Source: Lama guanicoe (Eukaryota). Taken from it: a DNA stretch of 20,000 bases. Positions 1-9,926 of the stretch are shown here, piece after piece. Within the stretch, counting starts at the first letter, position 1. Every line of letters starts with the position of its first letter. The stretch covers positions 426,697 to 446,696 of the forward strand of contig MU054129.1 in NCBI GenBank assembly GCA_013239625.1. The letters run 5' to 3'. A model generated the notes under the pieces. The model worked only from the letters and a program-made list of their open reading frames with translations. It made no database searches and was not told the origin of the DNA. A program made the position numbers and the translations under genes.

Positions 1-790
1 CAACAATAAATGCTGGAGAGGCTGTGGAGAAAAGGGAACCCTCCTACACTGCTGGTGGGAATGTAGTTTGGTGAAGCCACTGTTGAAAAGAGTATGGAGA
101 TTCCTCAAAAGACTAAAAATAGACTTACCATATGATCCAGTAATCCCATTCCTGGGCATATATCCAGAGTTAACCCTAATTCAAAAAGACACCTGCACCC
201 CAGTGTTCATAGCAGCATTATTTACATTCACCAAGACATGGAAATAGCTTAAATGGCCATCAACAGATGACTGGATATAGAAGTTGCAAAATATTTCTAC
301 AATGGAATACTACTCATCCATTAAAAATGATAAAATAATTTGTAGCAACATGGATGGACCTGGAGAATATCATTCTAGTGAAGTTAGCCAGAAAGAGAAA
401 GAAAAATACCATATGATATCACTCATATGTAGATCTTAAAAAACACACACACACAAATGGACTTATATATAAAATAAACACAGAGTCACAGACATGGAAT
501 ACAAACTTGTGGTTGCCAGCGGAGAGGGAGGTGGGAAGGGAGAAACTGGGAGTTTGAGATTTGCAGATACTGACTGGTGTATATAAAACAGATAAACAAG
601 TTTATATTGTATGGCACAGGGAAGTATATTCAATATCTGTTAGTAGCTTATGGTGAAAGAGAATATGAAAGTGAACATATGTGTATGTTCATGTATGACT
701 GAGGAATTGTGCTGTGCACCAGAAATTGACACAACATTGTCAATGGACTATACCTCAGTAAGGAAAGAAAGAAAGAAAAAGAAAAGAGAG
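1..790 (+). mobile_element. LINE-1 3' end (ORF2 C-terminus, 3' UTR, A-rich tail), relatively young
   Basis: Frame from position 2 reads [21 protein letters not shown]...[14 protein letters not shown]...CTPVFIAALFT, the L1 ORF2 cysteine-rich domain, with in-frame stops (TAG near 245). A typical 3' UTR and GAAA-rich tail follow at about 760-790. Confidence 0.95.
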
Positions 791-799
791 ACAAAAAGG

Positions 800-1150
800 A
801 TTGAGAGAAAATCACGTAGAAGATGATCAGTGAAGATCCAACACACATAGATATCCCTGAGGATGAAAATCAAAGGAACAAGTATTAAAAATGGTATCTC
901 AGGAATTAACTTTGATGAAATGAAAAATGGAGTGTGTATATATATATACACACACATAAAGCCTACATCATATGCCTAGGAGAACTGACCCAAGGTGGCC
1001 AACACCAAGGAATATTGTAGTAAAGTGTTAGACTTTAAAGGAGAAGGAAAGTCCCCTGGGTGTCTGAGCAGTGTCATCAAGGACAGAAAAACTGATCGCC
1101 AGCAAGGAAGGAAGTGCAAATTAAGAATTCTGTGCCATTTCAGTCTTCCA
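800..1150 (+). mobile_element. Ancient L1/HAL1 ORF1-like fragment
   Basis: acaccaaggaatattgtagtaaagtgttagactttaaaggagaagg gives TPRNIVVK / LDFKGEGK, resembling the ORF1p motif TPRHIIVK..FKDKEKIL. Purine-rich context. Boundaries approximate. Confidence 0.5.
932..957. repeat. (GT)n(AT)n(AC)n compound microsatellite
   Basis: gtgtgtatatatatatacacacacat read directly from the sequence; the core is self-complementary. Confidence 0.85.
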
Positions 1151-1429
1151 AGAGTCAAGTCTGCTGGCAAGGACTCCAGGAAGACTGTTCCTGAGAAGCA
1201 GCTTCTGGGGAGGGGGTGTCCCCTTGGGGCGCCCTCTGAGCAGAGGGCATCTCTGTGGGGTGGGGGTGAGGGAGCCCTCCAGCGCTTCCTCAGGATCCAG
1301 CGGCTGTCTGGGATTGGAGGCCCCCAGGGGCCCCTCCTGCAGCCTGGCTTGGTCTGGGCCACAGTATCTTCCCTGGCCTTGGTCTTACATGATTCAGGTC
1401 TTACTGGTTGAGGCTTTGACTGAGGCCCA

Positions 1430-1730
1430 TGCCGCCCAGTACAAGTAGAATATGGCCGTGGAGATTGTTTTAAACATCACATTAGAAAAGGAAAAAGAAA
1501 TAGGGGACATTAATTTTAATAATCAGTTTTATTTAACCCACTATGCCCCCAAATTAACAGTTCAGCATACAATCATTATAAAAGCATATTGACATGGGTA
1601 TCTTAAATTCTTTGTTTTCACATTCAGTTTCTGAAATCTTGTGTGTCTCAGGCACAGTGAACCTCAGTTCGGACCAGCCATGTTCCCGTTGCTGTATGTG
1701 ACCGGTGGCTGTGTGGTGGCTAGTGCAGAC
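1430..1730 (+). mobile_element. MER33-like hAT-Charlie DNA transposon relic
   Basis: cacattagaaaaggaaaaagaaataggggacattaattttaataat...ttttatttaaccca...ctcagttcggaccagcca matches the MER33 consensus as remembered. Confidence 0.8.
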
Positions 1731-2019
1731 CTGGGCGGGTTTGTGGACAGTCAGTGTGACAGACTGGGAGGCTGGCTCTGAACGTGCTGGCCTCTCTGTG
1801 GTGAGGCTGTACTTGGGAACATCTTCAGGTGCCTTAGGGATGCCACCTCAGGCCAACACCTGAGGACACACAGCCTGCCAGCGGGGGGCTGTGGACACAT
1901 CCCAGTGCTCTCTGCCCCATGAGGGGGTTGGAGGCGAGCAGTGGACAGTGGGGAGGTGACCACAGTGGAGAAAGGACAGTAGCCCTGGGGGTACAGCCGT
2001 GAAAAGGAAGGCATTGCAG

Positions 2020-2620
2020 GAGCAGTGGAGAGGACGGGCTGACTCGGGGTGTGGGCAGCACGCGCGTGTCCCCCGCCAGGCCCCCGTGTGCTCCGGGCCT
2101 GGCCAGCGGGCCCCGCGGCGCAGCCCCCTCCCCGTCCCCGCCGCCCTGCCCACCGCGCCCCCCACCGCCAACCGTGTGGGGGATGGCGGCCGCGGTGCCA
2201 GGCCCGGCTCTGCCCTCACCCCACCGCCTCTGGTCCCATGGAAGCTGGATGGCCTCCTGGAAATCAGCCGCGTGACCCACACGCTGCTGAGCAGGGGCCT
2301 GGCCGGACACTCACCCCCCGCGTCCTCCGGGAGCCCGGCCCCGGCTTCTCGCCCGCGAGCGCCGCCGCCACCGCCGCCGCGGGGGGTGCTGGGCACCCCG
2401 CCAGCGGGCATCTAGCGGGGTGGTCTCAGGGCCTCCACCCTGCCCCCCGTCCCCCATCATTTCCCGCGTCCAGGGTGCTCAGGCCCTCCTGGTCTCCCGT
2501 GTGAGCAGGTGCAGCCGTGGGCCAGCCCGAGGGGGTGCGGCGCAGTCGCGGGTCGGCACTGCCCGCACACTTTGAAGTCTGCAGAGGTTGGAACGTGCTG
2601 GGCGCCTCTCTTTGGCTTCT
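2020..2620. promoter_or_regulatory. CpG island-like, very GC-rich segment overlapping a CYFIP1 pseudo-exon
   Basis: Dense CpG and GCC repeats (cgcgcg, ccgcggcg, gccgccgccaccgccgccgc) compared with the CpG-poor flanks. Promoter function is not shown. Confidence 0.7.
2242..2385 (+). pseudogene. CYFIP1: CYFIP1 pseudo-exon ([20 protein letters not shown]...ITLHVFWELNYDFLP... exon), internally deleted
   Basis: 2242-2301 reads KLDGLLEISRVTHTLLSRGL. In another frame, 2310 onward reads LTPRVLREPGPGFSP, which aligns codon-for-codon with ITLHVFWELNYDFLP. About 20 codons between the two are missing. The acceptor position reads GG (cccatgg) instead of AG. The 3' boundary is approximate. Confidence 0.85.
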
Positions 2621-2875
2621 ACTCTGAGATGTTGGGGAACATGAGGATCAGCTGGTCAGCCACCCTCCCACCCACCTACCATTTGACTCCTATATTGAGC
2701 AGCACAAAGCGACCCACTGGGTGGGTGGCATGGCTGCTGGCCACAGGGTCGTGCGGTCCCGCCTCGTGAAGCGGCCCACGTCCTGGGGTGGCCCTGGGGC
2801 GGCCCCTGCACTCTGGGCGTCCACCTGCCTGAGGCTCGGCCCCTCTGCGCCCTGTTCTGTGTCAGCACATGCAGG

Positions 2876-2985
2876 AGTGTGCGTGTATGTAAGAGTGTGT
2901 GAGTAATAGTGACAGCAGTGGGGGAACATGAGTGATGGTGGGTGTGTAAGAGACTGTGTGCGTGTATGTGAGCGTCTCTGTGAGT
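2876..2985. repeat. TG-rich low-complexity tract
   Basis: Degenerate (TG)n: gtgtgcgtgtatgtaagagtgtgtgag...gtgtgcgtgtatgtgagcg. Confidence 0.7.
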
Positions 2986-5829
2986 GTTATTACCACTGCT
3001 TAAAAATAAGTGTCTTTGGCTTTTACTTTGCTTCATTACTGCATCTGAACATCCCACCACGTGCTGGCTTAATCACAGCTGATGTCTAGGCCTAGATTTT
3101 TTTGATCCAGAGGGGCTGAGCTTTGACCCTGAGGGCCGAAGGGAGGCCCTCCTGCGGCCTGATCGTACCTGTTGTTGCCCTCGTCTGTCTGGGACCCAGA
3201 GTGGGGAGGCTGTTCCGGGTGTATGGAGCTGTTCCTCTGAGCCATTGGCCCAGCCCCAGGCAGCAGAGGGGACATGTGGCCATGGCCACAGGGGCCACAG
3301 GTGGAGGAGCCTCCTTGGGTCGGGGGTCCCCACGCCTGGCTGGGCGTAAGCCACCGGAAGCAAACTTGAGACCACTCATTCCTGTCAGCTCCCTTCTGAG
3401 TGCCTACTTTATTAACAGGTGTTTTTAAAGTTGTTATAGTTAGAATTAACTGAAAAAATATTTTTATTATACAAGTAATTCCCCATAGTTGTAGAAAAGC
3501 TAGAATATATATATATACATGGAAATAATTAAATTCCTAATGATTTCCATTGTAAAAATGTCTTCTAGCGTTTTTGCCGTATGGTCAAAGACAATGTACT
3601 TTTTTATTTTGCAGAAATAGTTGTTAACAAGCATGCTGTTAAATACACCTTTTCCCCACATGATCTCAAAGGAGAGTAGGCCGTGCCAGCAAGGGTACAC
3701 ACGTGCTTGTTGTGCTTCTGAAAATCTGTTTAAGTCATGGCCAATGTTTGCAGGATGTTCTTTGTTTAGGTTAGTCCATTTGGAACCTTTGGAATGAATT
3801 TCTGTTATGTCCCTTAAATGATTTTTGCCCAGTGCTTAGAACTGGCACCTCCAAAGGGGAAACGCAGCAGAACCCCAGTGTCAGCAAGTCCAGAAAATAC
3901 ATTACAGTGGGGGCGGGGGTGGGGAGCAGAGTCGGGTGACACGGGAGCTGTGATTTTTGGGTATTACTTTGGGTTGCATTTTTGGTTGTCTAGTGTTTTG
4001 TCCCCCTTTTAAGGGATTTCCAGAGAGCTTGCAAGAGGAACAGTTGAAATGTTCCCTGGGCCCCCTTTGTGGCCATTGCACTGCGTGCACACATCGCCCA
4101 CCTGTCCTGGTCATCTTGGTGACATAATTAAGATGGGCCGAGGCCTCAGAAACACCAGGAGCCATGGAAGGGACTGTGGGGCGGCGGGGGGAGGGGCAGG
4201 TGAAAGTGACAAGAGGAGGAACGTTCAGCACGTGCTGTAAACCCTTCTGCTGAATCACTGTGTTTCCTGAAAGATGCTTCGGGCATCTGGATGGAAGCTG
4301 GGTGAGGAGTGTGGAGTTAGGGAAAGAGATTCTGAGGCTCCGCCTCTGAGCTGGGCCCACGTGGGTGCCCTCACCCCAACTGTGGCTGATGCTAGGGAAC
4401 AACCCCGCTGTCCAGGGCCGCCTGTCCTGCTGGTGACAGGAGCCCCAATCTCAGAGCCAAGGTGGCCAGAACTCAGGTCAGGACCTCTGCCCTCAGTTCC
4501 CTGAGCTCAGTTCCCTGAGCCTGCCCTCCATGATGTCTCCATCATGTCAGTGAGCAGAAGGCTGCCTTCACCTGGTGCTGCACTGGGAGCCCGCAGGCGG
4601 GTCTACAGAGCCAGCCCAAAGCCCAGGCACCTGGAGGCTGGGCGATCGCTTGGAAACCCAGTGTCATGTGTGTCAGAGCTGCAACCTTGGCACATGTGCT
4701 GGCTGGGACCAGCGTGATGTGATCTTGGCCTCCTTGGGCCCAGAGACCTGGTGTGCAGTTCAGGCAGGCACACACCAGAGCAGCTCTGGGGGCCTCTCCC
4801 TTCTATCAGTGCCGGCAAGAGCCATTCTGTATTTTTAGTTCTTCTGGTGGAACCCTTAATGCTTCATTAGCTGGAAAAGGCATTTTGTGTGTCCAGAGTG
4901 AGAACCGCAGTGTGTGCCCGGTGCTTTAATTCCCGCCTCAGGGCTTCCCGGGAGCCACTTGCAGGAGCCCAGGACTGCCTTTGTTGTCTGGCGTGTCTGC
5001 TTGTTTTGCTGCCTATTTCTGATGCATGAGTTGTGCCTGGTGACTCTGAGAGGGCGCTTAGGTGGCCTGTGACTTCAGTGTAACCCGCACAGCTGCTCAC
5101 TGTTGACAGTGCTGTAGCCTTGGCAGAAAGCCAGCAGCTGGGCTCAGAGTCGGGCCTCTGGCTGGAACAGCACCAAAGGCGTGGAGCACCACGCCCTGAG
5201 TGGGGCGTGGTGCTCCACGAGGCTGTCCCACCACTGGCCGTGCTCAGGGAGGTGGCTGCCAAGTTTGTCTGCTGGCGTGGTACCATTTTTCTGTTTGAAG
5301 TTGGTAAGTAATTTATAAGGAGATAATTTGAGACTTTAAATAAGCTGTTTCTTGTTAAAACTTGACCCACTGATTTCGGCACCTGTTGGTGATTCTCACC
5401 CAAAGCCGTTCTCACTGTGGTGGCTGAACGGTGGTGATGTGCGAGCCTTTTCCTTCCATCTACAGGCAGTAGTTGGCATTCTGCTGTGTGTGCTTGTTCG
5501 TGCTTATTTATTTGTTTATTTATTGTGAGTGAGGACTCAGGGATCCTAAAGTGGGGTTATGATCTGTTACTGGCAGGACTTGATTCTGCGGCTCGAGTCA
5601 GCCGTGTTTTGGCCAGTGGGATCCCCTCCCGCCTCACCTCTGTGTCTTCTGGGCTGTCCCCCGGGCTCTGCAGCCCTGCCCTGCCTTCTGCACCACAGGG
5701 GCTTCCAGCTTCATCTTGGAATTCTCCTACCTTATCCTTGAAATCTGTGATTCACCAGGACTCCTTTTAATGGAGAATATTTTAAAATTAAGCCAAGCCT
5801 GAGTGTTATGTGTGTCCTTGCCTCTGGCC

Positions 5830-6148
5830 CCACTGGGACTCTGGGGAAGGACTTCTCTGGAAGGACTTCCCAGGTGTGGCCAGTGGTCCCCAGCCTGCAA
5901 CCACATCACTCCAGCCCATCTCTGTCTCTGTCTCTGTCGGTACATGGTGATTTCCTTCTGTGTCTCTGTCCTCTTCCTGTGAGGTCGTCAGCCCTGTTAT
6001 ATTGGATTAAGGGCACACTCTGCTCCAGAATGACTTCATCTTGACTAATTACAACTGCAACAACCCTGTGTCTGAATGAGCGCATTCTGCGAGACTGGTG
6101 ATTAGGGCTACAATTCTGTTTTTGGGGGACACAGCTAAACCCCTAATG
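5830..6148 (-). mobile_element. MLT1 (ERVL-MaLR) solo LTR fragment
   Basis: cctcttcctgtgagg...tattggattaagggcacac...atgacttcatcttgactaattaca...gggggacacagctaaacccctaa is the reverse-complement pattern of MLT1B/C LTRs. Confidence 0.8.
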
Positions 6149-6464
6149 TTTACATGGGCCTCCGTCCATCCTGCTGTCGATTAAAGCCATGCATTCACAC
6201 TGTGGTCATCAGTTTCCATTCAGCACTGCAGGCTTCAGTTCCATTTCTGTAACTTCCTTCTACACTGAGGGTTCTTGTTTCATCACTCTTAGTATATTCC
6301 CTAATTTGCTCAGTTCTAGGCTGTGCAGAAAGTAGCTTCAGAATTACTGACCTTACCCCCTGCAAAATGCAAACTACTGACTGGAATTCAGTATTTATTT
6401 CCATTATTTTGGTCTTTAGATTGAGAAATACATACAGTCAAAATATGGTGTTTACCAGTTGTTT

Positions 6465-6601
6465 GGGGGGAGGGTATAGCTCTGTGGTAGAGTGTGTGCT
6501 TAGCATGCCCGAACTCCTGCGTTCTGTTCCAGGACCTCCATTAAATAAACAAACAAACAAAGTAACGTAATTACCGCCCTCCCCAATTTTTAAAAATAAA
6601 C
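6465..6601 (+). mobile_element. tRNA-Ala-derived SINE (camelid Vic-1-like)
   Basis: ggggggagggtatagctctgtggtagagtgtgtgcttagcatgc... head, AAAC/AAAT tail, and short target-site duplication gttgttt at 6458-6464 and 6602-6608. Confidence 0.9.
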
Positions 6602-6609
6602 GTTGTTTA

Positions 6610-7200
6610 GGATATTGGAGTAACAGTTTGGATATACTCTTTAGCCTTAAACAAGTGGGACTGTGGACACAATTTATGAAGCAACTGTTTTCACTGGATG
6701 TTCCCCTGAGGGAAAGGAAACGAGGGATGTGAACTCTGACTTCCCTGGCTTTCTGCCTGGAAGCACTTCGGACATCTTGCTCAGAGGAGGAGACAGACTG
6801 GAAATTGAGGAAGCCAAAACAGCTGGAATTTGCAAGGCAGAGTATGGGAGAGGAGAGAGATATGCAGAGAAACAGCTCCTGAGACCAATCTATGGGCCCT
6901 TTTTAGTCTTTGCTTGAATATTAAACTCCGTGACTAGGAGAGGAGGAGCTGCTGTAGGTGGACTAGTTCCCAGAGCTCACAGGGCTTTGCCCGCGAGAAC
7001 AGAGAAACCTCACTGAGCACCCGGGCACTCGAGAGAGTTGCCAGAAGGGCCTGTCTCAGTACCAGCCCTCGGGGAGTGACTGCCGCACACCCTGACAGGT
7101 CACGAAAGGATCCAGCTGACTTGCAAGCAACTTGGCCATCTGCCCACAAACACTCAACACTCTTGAAAGGATGAGGGCAAAATCCAGTCACTCAGCAACA
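6610..7200 (+). mobile_element. Ancient L1 (L1M4/L1MC-like) 5' UTR region
   Basis: Motifs acaatttatgaagcaactgttttca, ccctgagggaaaggaaac and actcaacactcttgaaagga...aaaatccag resemble old eutherian L1 5' ends as remembered. Collinear with the ORF2 piece at 8120-8995. Confidence 0.55.
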
Positions 7201-7367
7201 TGCCACTGCTGTGCAAACGCGCTCAGTGCTGCGGGCCGCTGCCCACCTCTCAGATGCGCATGTTCACTTCATGCGCTGGTGTTGCTTTGAGAGTTACAAC
7301 CTTGGTTAATTTCTTAAGGTGCGATATGTGCTAATCAAGGTCTTAGAATTTAGTAATGAGCAAATCT

Positions 7368-8088
7368 ATATTTTTGTAGTCGATGTATAATTATTTTGCA
7401 ATGTGCTAGTTGTAGGTGTACAGCATAATGACTCAGTCATATATGCATATTTATCTGTTCTTTTTCAGATTATTTTCTACTAAAGCTTATTCTAAGGTAT
7501 TGAATATAGTTCCCTGTATCATACAGTAGGGCCTTTTTATCTATTTTACATACAGTAGTTAGTATCTGCTAATCCCCAACTCCCAGTTTAGCCCTCTCTC
7601 CACTTCCCCTTGGGTAACCATGCTTTGTTTTCCATCTGTGAGTCTATTTCTGTTTTGTATATAAGTTCATTTGTATCTTTTTTTTAGATTCCACATATAA
7701 GTGATATCATTTGATATTTGTCTTTCTCTGACTTCACTTACAATGATGATCTCTAGGTCCATTCATGTTGCTGCAAATGGAATTATTTTATTCTTTTTAT
7801 GGCTGACTAGTATTCCATTTTATAAATTTTTCTCATATTCTTTATCTAGTCTTCTATCAATGGACATTTAAGTTGCTTCCATGTTTTGTCTATTGTAAAT
7901 AGTGTTGCTATGATCACTGGGGTGCATGCATCTTTTCAAGTTAGAGTTTTCTCCAGATATATGTCCAGGAGTGGGATTGCTGGATCATGTAGTAACTTTA
8001 TTTTTAGGTCTTTAAGGAATCTCCATACCTTTTTCCATAGTGGCTGCACCAAACTACATTCCCACCAACAGTGTAGGAGGGTTCCTTT
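7368..8088 (-). mobile_element. 5'-truncated LINE-1 (3' UTR and ORF2 C-terminus)
   Basis: Reverse-strand hallmarks: ttagattccacatataagtgatatca, ccattcatgttgctgcaaatgg, ggagtgggattgctggatcat, cattcccaccaacagtgtaggagggttcc. Confidence 0.95.
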
Positions 8089-8119
8089 CATATTTTTTTA
8101 AATAATGCTTCTTTGCAAA

Positions 8120-8995
8120 AGTTTTATATGTTTAAACAAACCATTCTGATTTGAAAAGAAAGCAGGAGTAGGGGAGAGGGTGTAGCTTAGTGGTAGAGTG
8201 TGTGCTTAGCATGCATGAGGCCCTGGGTTCAATCCCTAGTACCTCCATTAAATAAAGAAGCAAACAAATAAATAAATCTAATTACCTCCCCACTAATAAA
8301 GAAAGAAAGGATGGAAGGAAGGAAGGAAGCAGGAGTAACTGTGTAAATGTAAGATAAAGTAGATTTTAGAGCAAAGACTATTACCAGGGATGGGGGGATA
8401 TTACATAATGATAAAAAGGTCAGGCAAGAAAATACAGAAATCCTAAATGTTGATGCACCAAACAACAGAGTTTCAAAACACCTGAAGCAAAAACTGACGT
8501 AAGTGGAAGGAGAAATGAACAACTGCACAATTGTAACTGGAGAAGTCAAACTTCCTCTCACTTAGTAATTGAAAGATTGAGTGCACAGAAAGTCAGCCGA
8601 ACACCTTCAACCAACAGGACACTATTGGCATGTACAGAACACTTCACCCCACAACAGCAGCACAGATTCTTTTTAAGTGCCCATGAGCATTCTCCAAGGT
8701 AAACCATATCCTAAAACAGACCTCAAAACAATTAAAAGAATTGAAATATTACAGTGTGTTATCTGACCACAGTGAACTCAAACTAGAAATCAGTAACAAA
8801 AAGATGACAAGAAAATCTCCAAACACTTGCAGATGAACACATTTCTAAATGAACCTTGGGTAAGAGGAAGACTCAAGGGAAATTTTTTAAAAAGACATTG
8901 GACTAAATGAAATGCAAATATATCAAAGTGTGCAGGGTGCAGCTAAAGAAGTGTGTGAGGGAAATGCATAGCACTGAATGCTTGCATTAGGAGTC
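8120..8995 (+). mobile_element. Ancient L1 ORF2 endonuclease-domain fragment, interrupted by a SINE
   Basis: Degenerate translation KAGV...DKVDFRAKTITRD..YYIMIK...ILNVDAPNNRVSKHLKQKL, then SDHSELKLEI, matching the APE-like endonuclease motifs. Confidence 0.88.
8171..8326 (+). mobile_element. tRNA-Ala-derived SINE (Vic-1-like)
   Basis: Well-preserved A and B boxes (tagcttagtggtagag; gggttcaatccc). Tail of AAAT and GGAA. 11-bp target-site duplication aagcaggagta at 8160-8170 and 8327-8337. Confidence 0.95.
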
Positions 8996-9483
8996 TCCAT
9001 GCTGAGTGTGTACCCTTGTCCTTAGACAAGCTTGGAGGTCCCCTCTTACAGGAAGCCACCCTGATTTCTTTTACTACCAGCCCACCCTGCATCCCTGAGC
9101 ATGCAGCTCCCCTACCCCATCAGAGTCTGTCCTGGATGTCTCCCCCAGGAGACTGGGAGCAGTTCCATGGGGGCAGCAAAGAGGCTGTAAGATAATTTCA
9201 TTTCTCCTTGCAGGACCTCAAAATGCTTTTGTAGGACCAGCAGTTTAATAAATGTTGAAAACCAAGTGGTTTTGTGTTCCTTCTGTTTTAGCAAGTTTGT
9301 TTTCACGTCTTCAGGTTGAAATCATAGATACCAAGGGGAGTCTAAGAGGTTCTCCGGATCCCTCCACCTGAGGGCCCTGTGTACTCACACACTTTGGCAA
9401 GCAGTTCCTCCTCTTCACGAGCGCATAGGAGCTGCGTTGAAATCCTCGAGACTCTGCCAAGCACTGACACTCTCTGTCCCGAG

Positions 9484-9625
9484 CCTTGGAGCCTGGCCTG
9501 CTCGGGCATTTACGGCGGCTGCCGCAGCTTCGTGGGCCCCCGCACTTCCAGGTCGTCTGCCGGCTGCGGGCTACCAGGGCATCGCGGTGGCCAGGGGGGT
9601 GCTACTGCAGGTGGCCAGGAGCCTG
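9484..9625 (+). pseudogene. CYFIP1: CYFIP1 pseudo-exon ([48 protein letters not shown])
   Basis: Stitched across three frames it reads PWSLACSGIYGGCRSFVGP / HFQVVCRL / GYQGIAVARGVLLQVARSL. AG at 9482-9483, GT at 9626-9627. Length is 142 nt versus 144 for 48 codons, consistent with two -1 frameshifts (about 9542 and 9568). Confidence 0.93.
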
Positions 9626-9837
9626 GTGTGTGCCCCTCCGGGGTGCGGCCTTCCTGGGGGGGATTCTGCACCCACTTCCTGGGGTGAGTGTAGTGGGGCT
9701 TTCCTTTCCAGCCAGTGATTCTCAATCCTAGGTCATCACAGGGCATTTTATGAACAGACTCCTTTTCCCAAGTCCCTGTCACACCTCGGCCTGTGGGGCA
9801 GTGGGGGCTGGTGTCTGACACGGCCCTTCTCCCTCAG

Positions 9838-9926
9838 CTGCGAGGCATGATCCTACAGTATGAAGGGACACTGATGGAGGTGATGCCCGAGGGGTGCCGG
9901 CTGCCTCGCACAAGTATGGCTCCCCA
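9838..9926 (+). pseudogene. CYFIP1: CYFIP1 pseudo-exon ([30 protein letters not shown])
   Basis: Polypyrimidine tract plus CAG ends at 9837. Reads LRGMILQYEGTLMEVMPEGCRLP, then a -1 shift, then HKYGSP, followed by GTGAGC donor. It is 89 nt, 2 nt short of the expected 30 codons + 1. Confidence 0.92.

Noticed and set aside
1834..2504. Overlapping 138-187 aa Pro/Gly/Arg/Ala-rich ORFs on both strands
   Set aside because: Stop codons are rare at this GC content. Only the short CYFIP1-derived parts show homology, so these are not credible genes.
5263..5330. Weak resemblance to the missing FVRTVLPF exon (gtttgtc...gtggtaccattttt...ggagataa), with a GTAAGT donor-like motif at 5304
   Set aside because: It needs a frameshift and an insertion, has no polypyrimidine tract, and has no match to the QPQYLHGSK half. 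Likely chance.
8171..8250. tRNA-Ala-like sequences (here and at the six other SINE heads) as real tRNA genes
   Set aside because: They have A-rich tails, target-site duplications and broken stems, so they are SINE heads.
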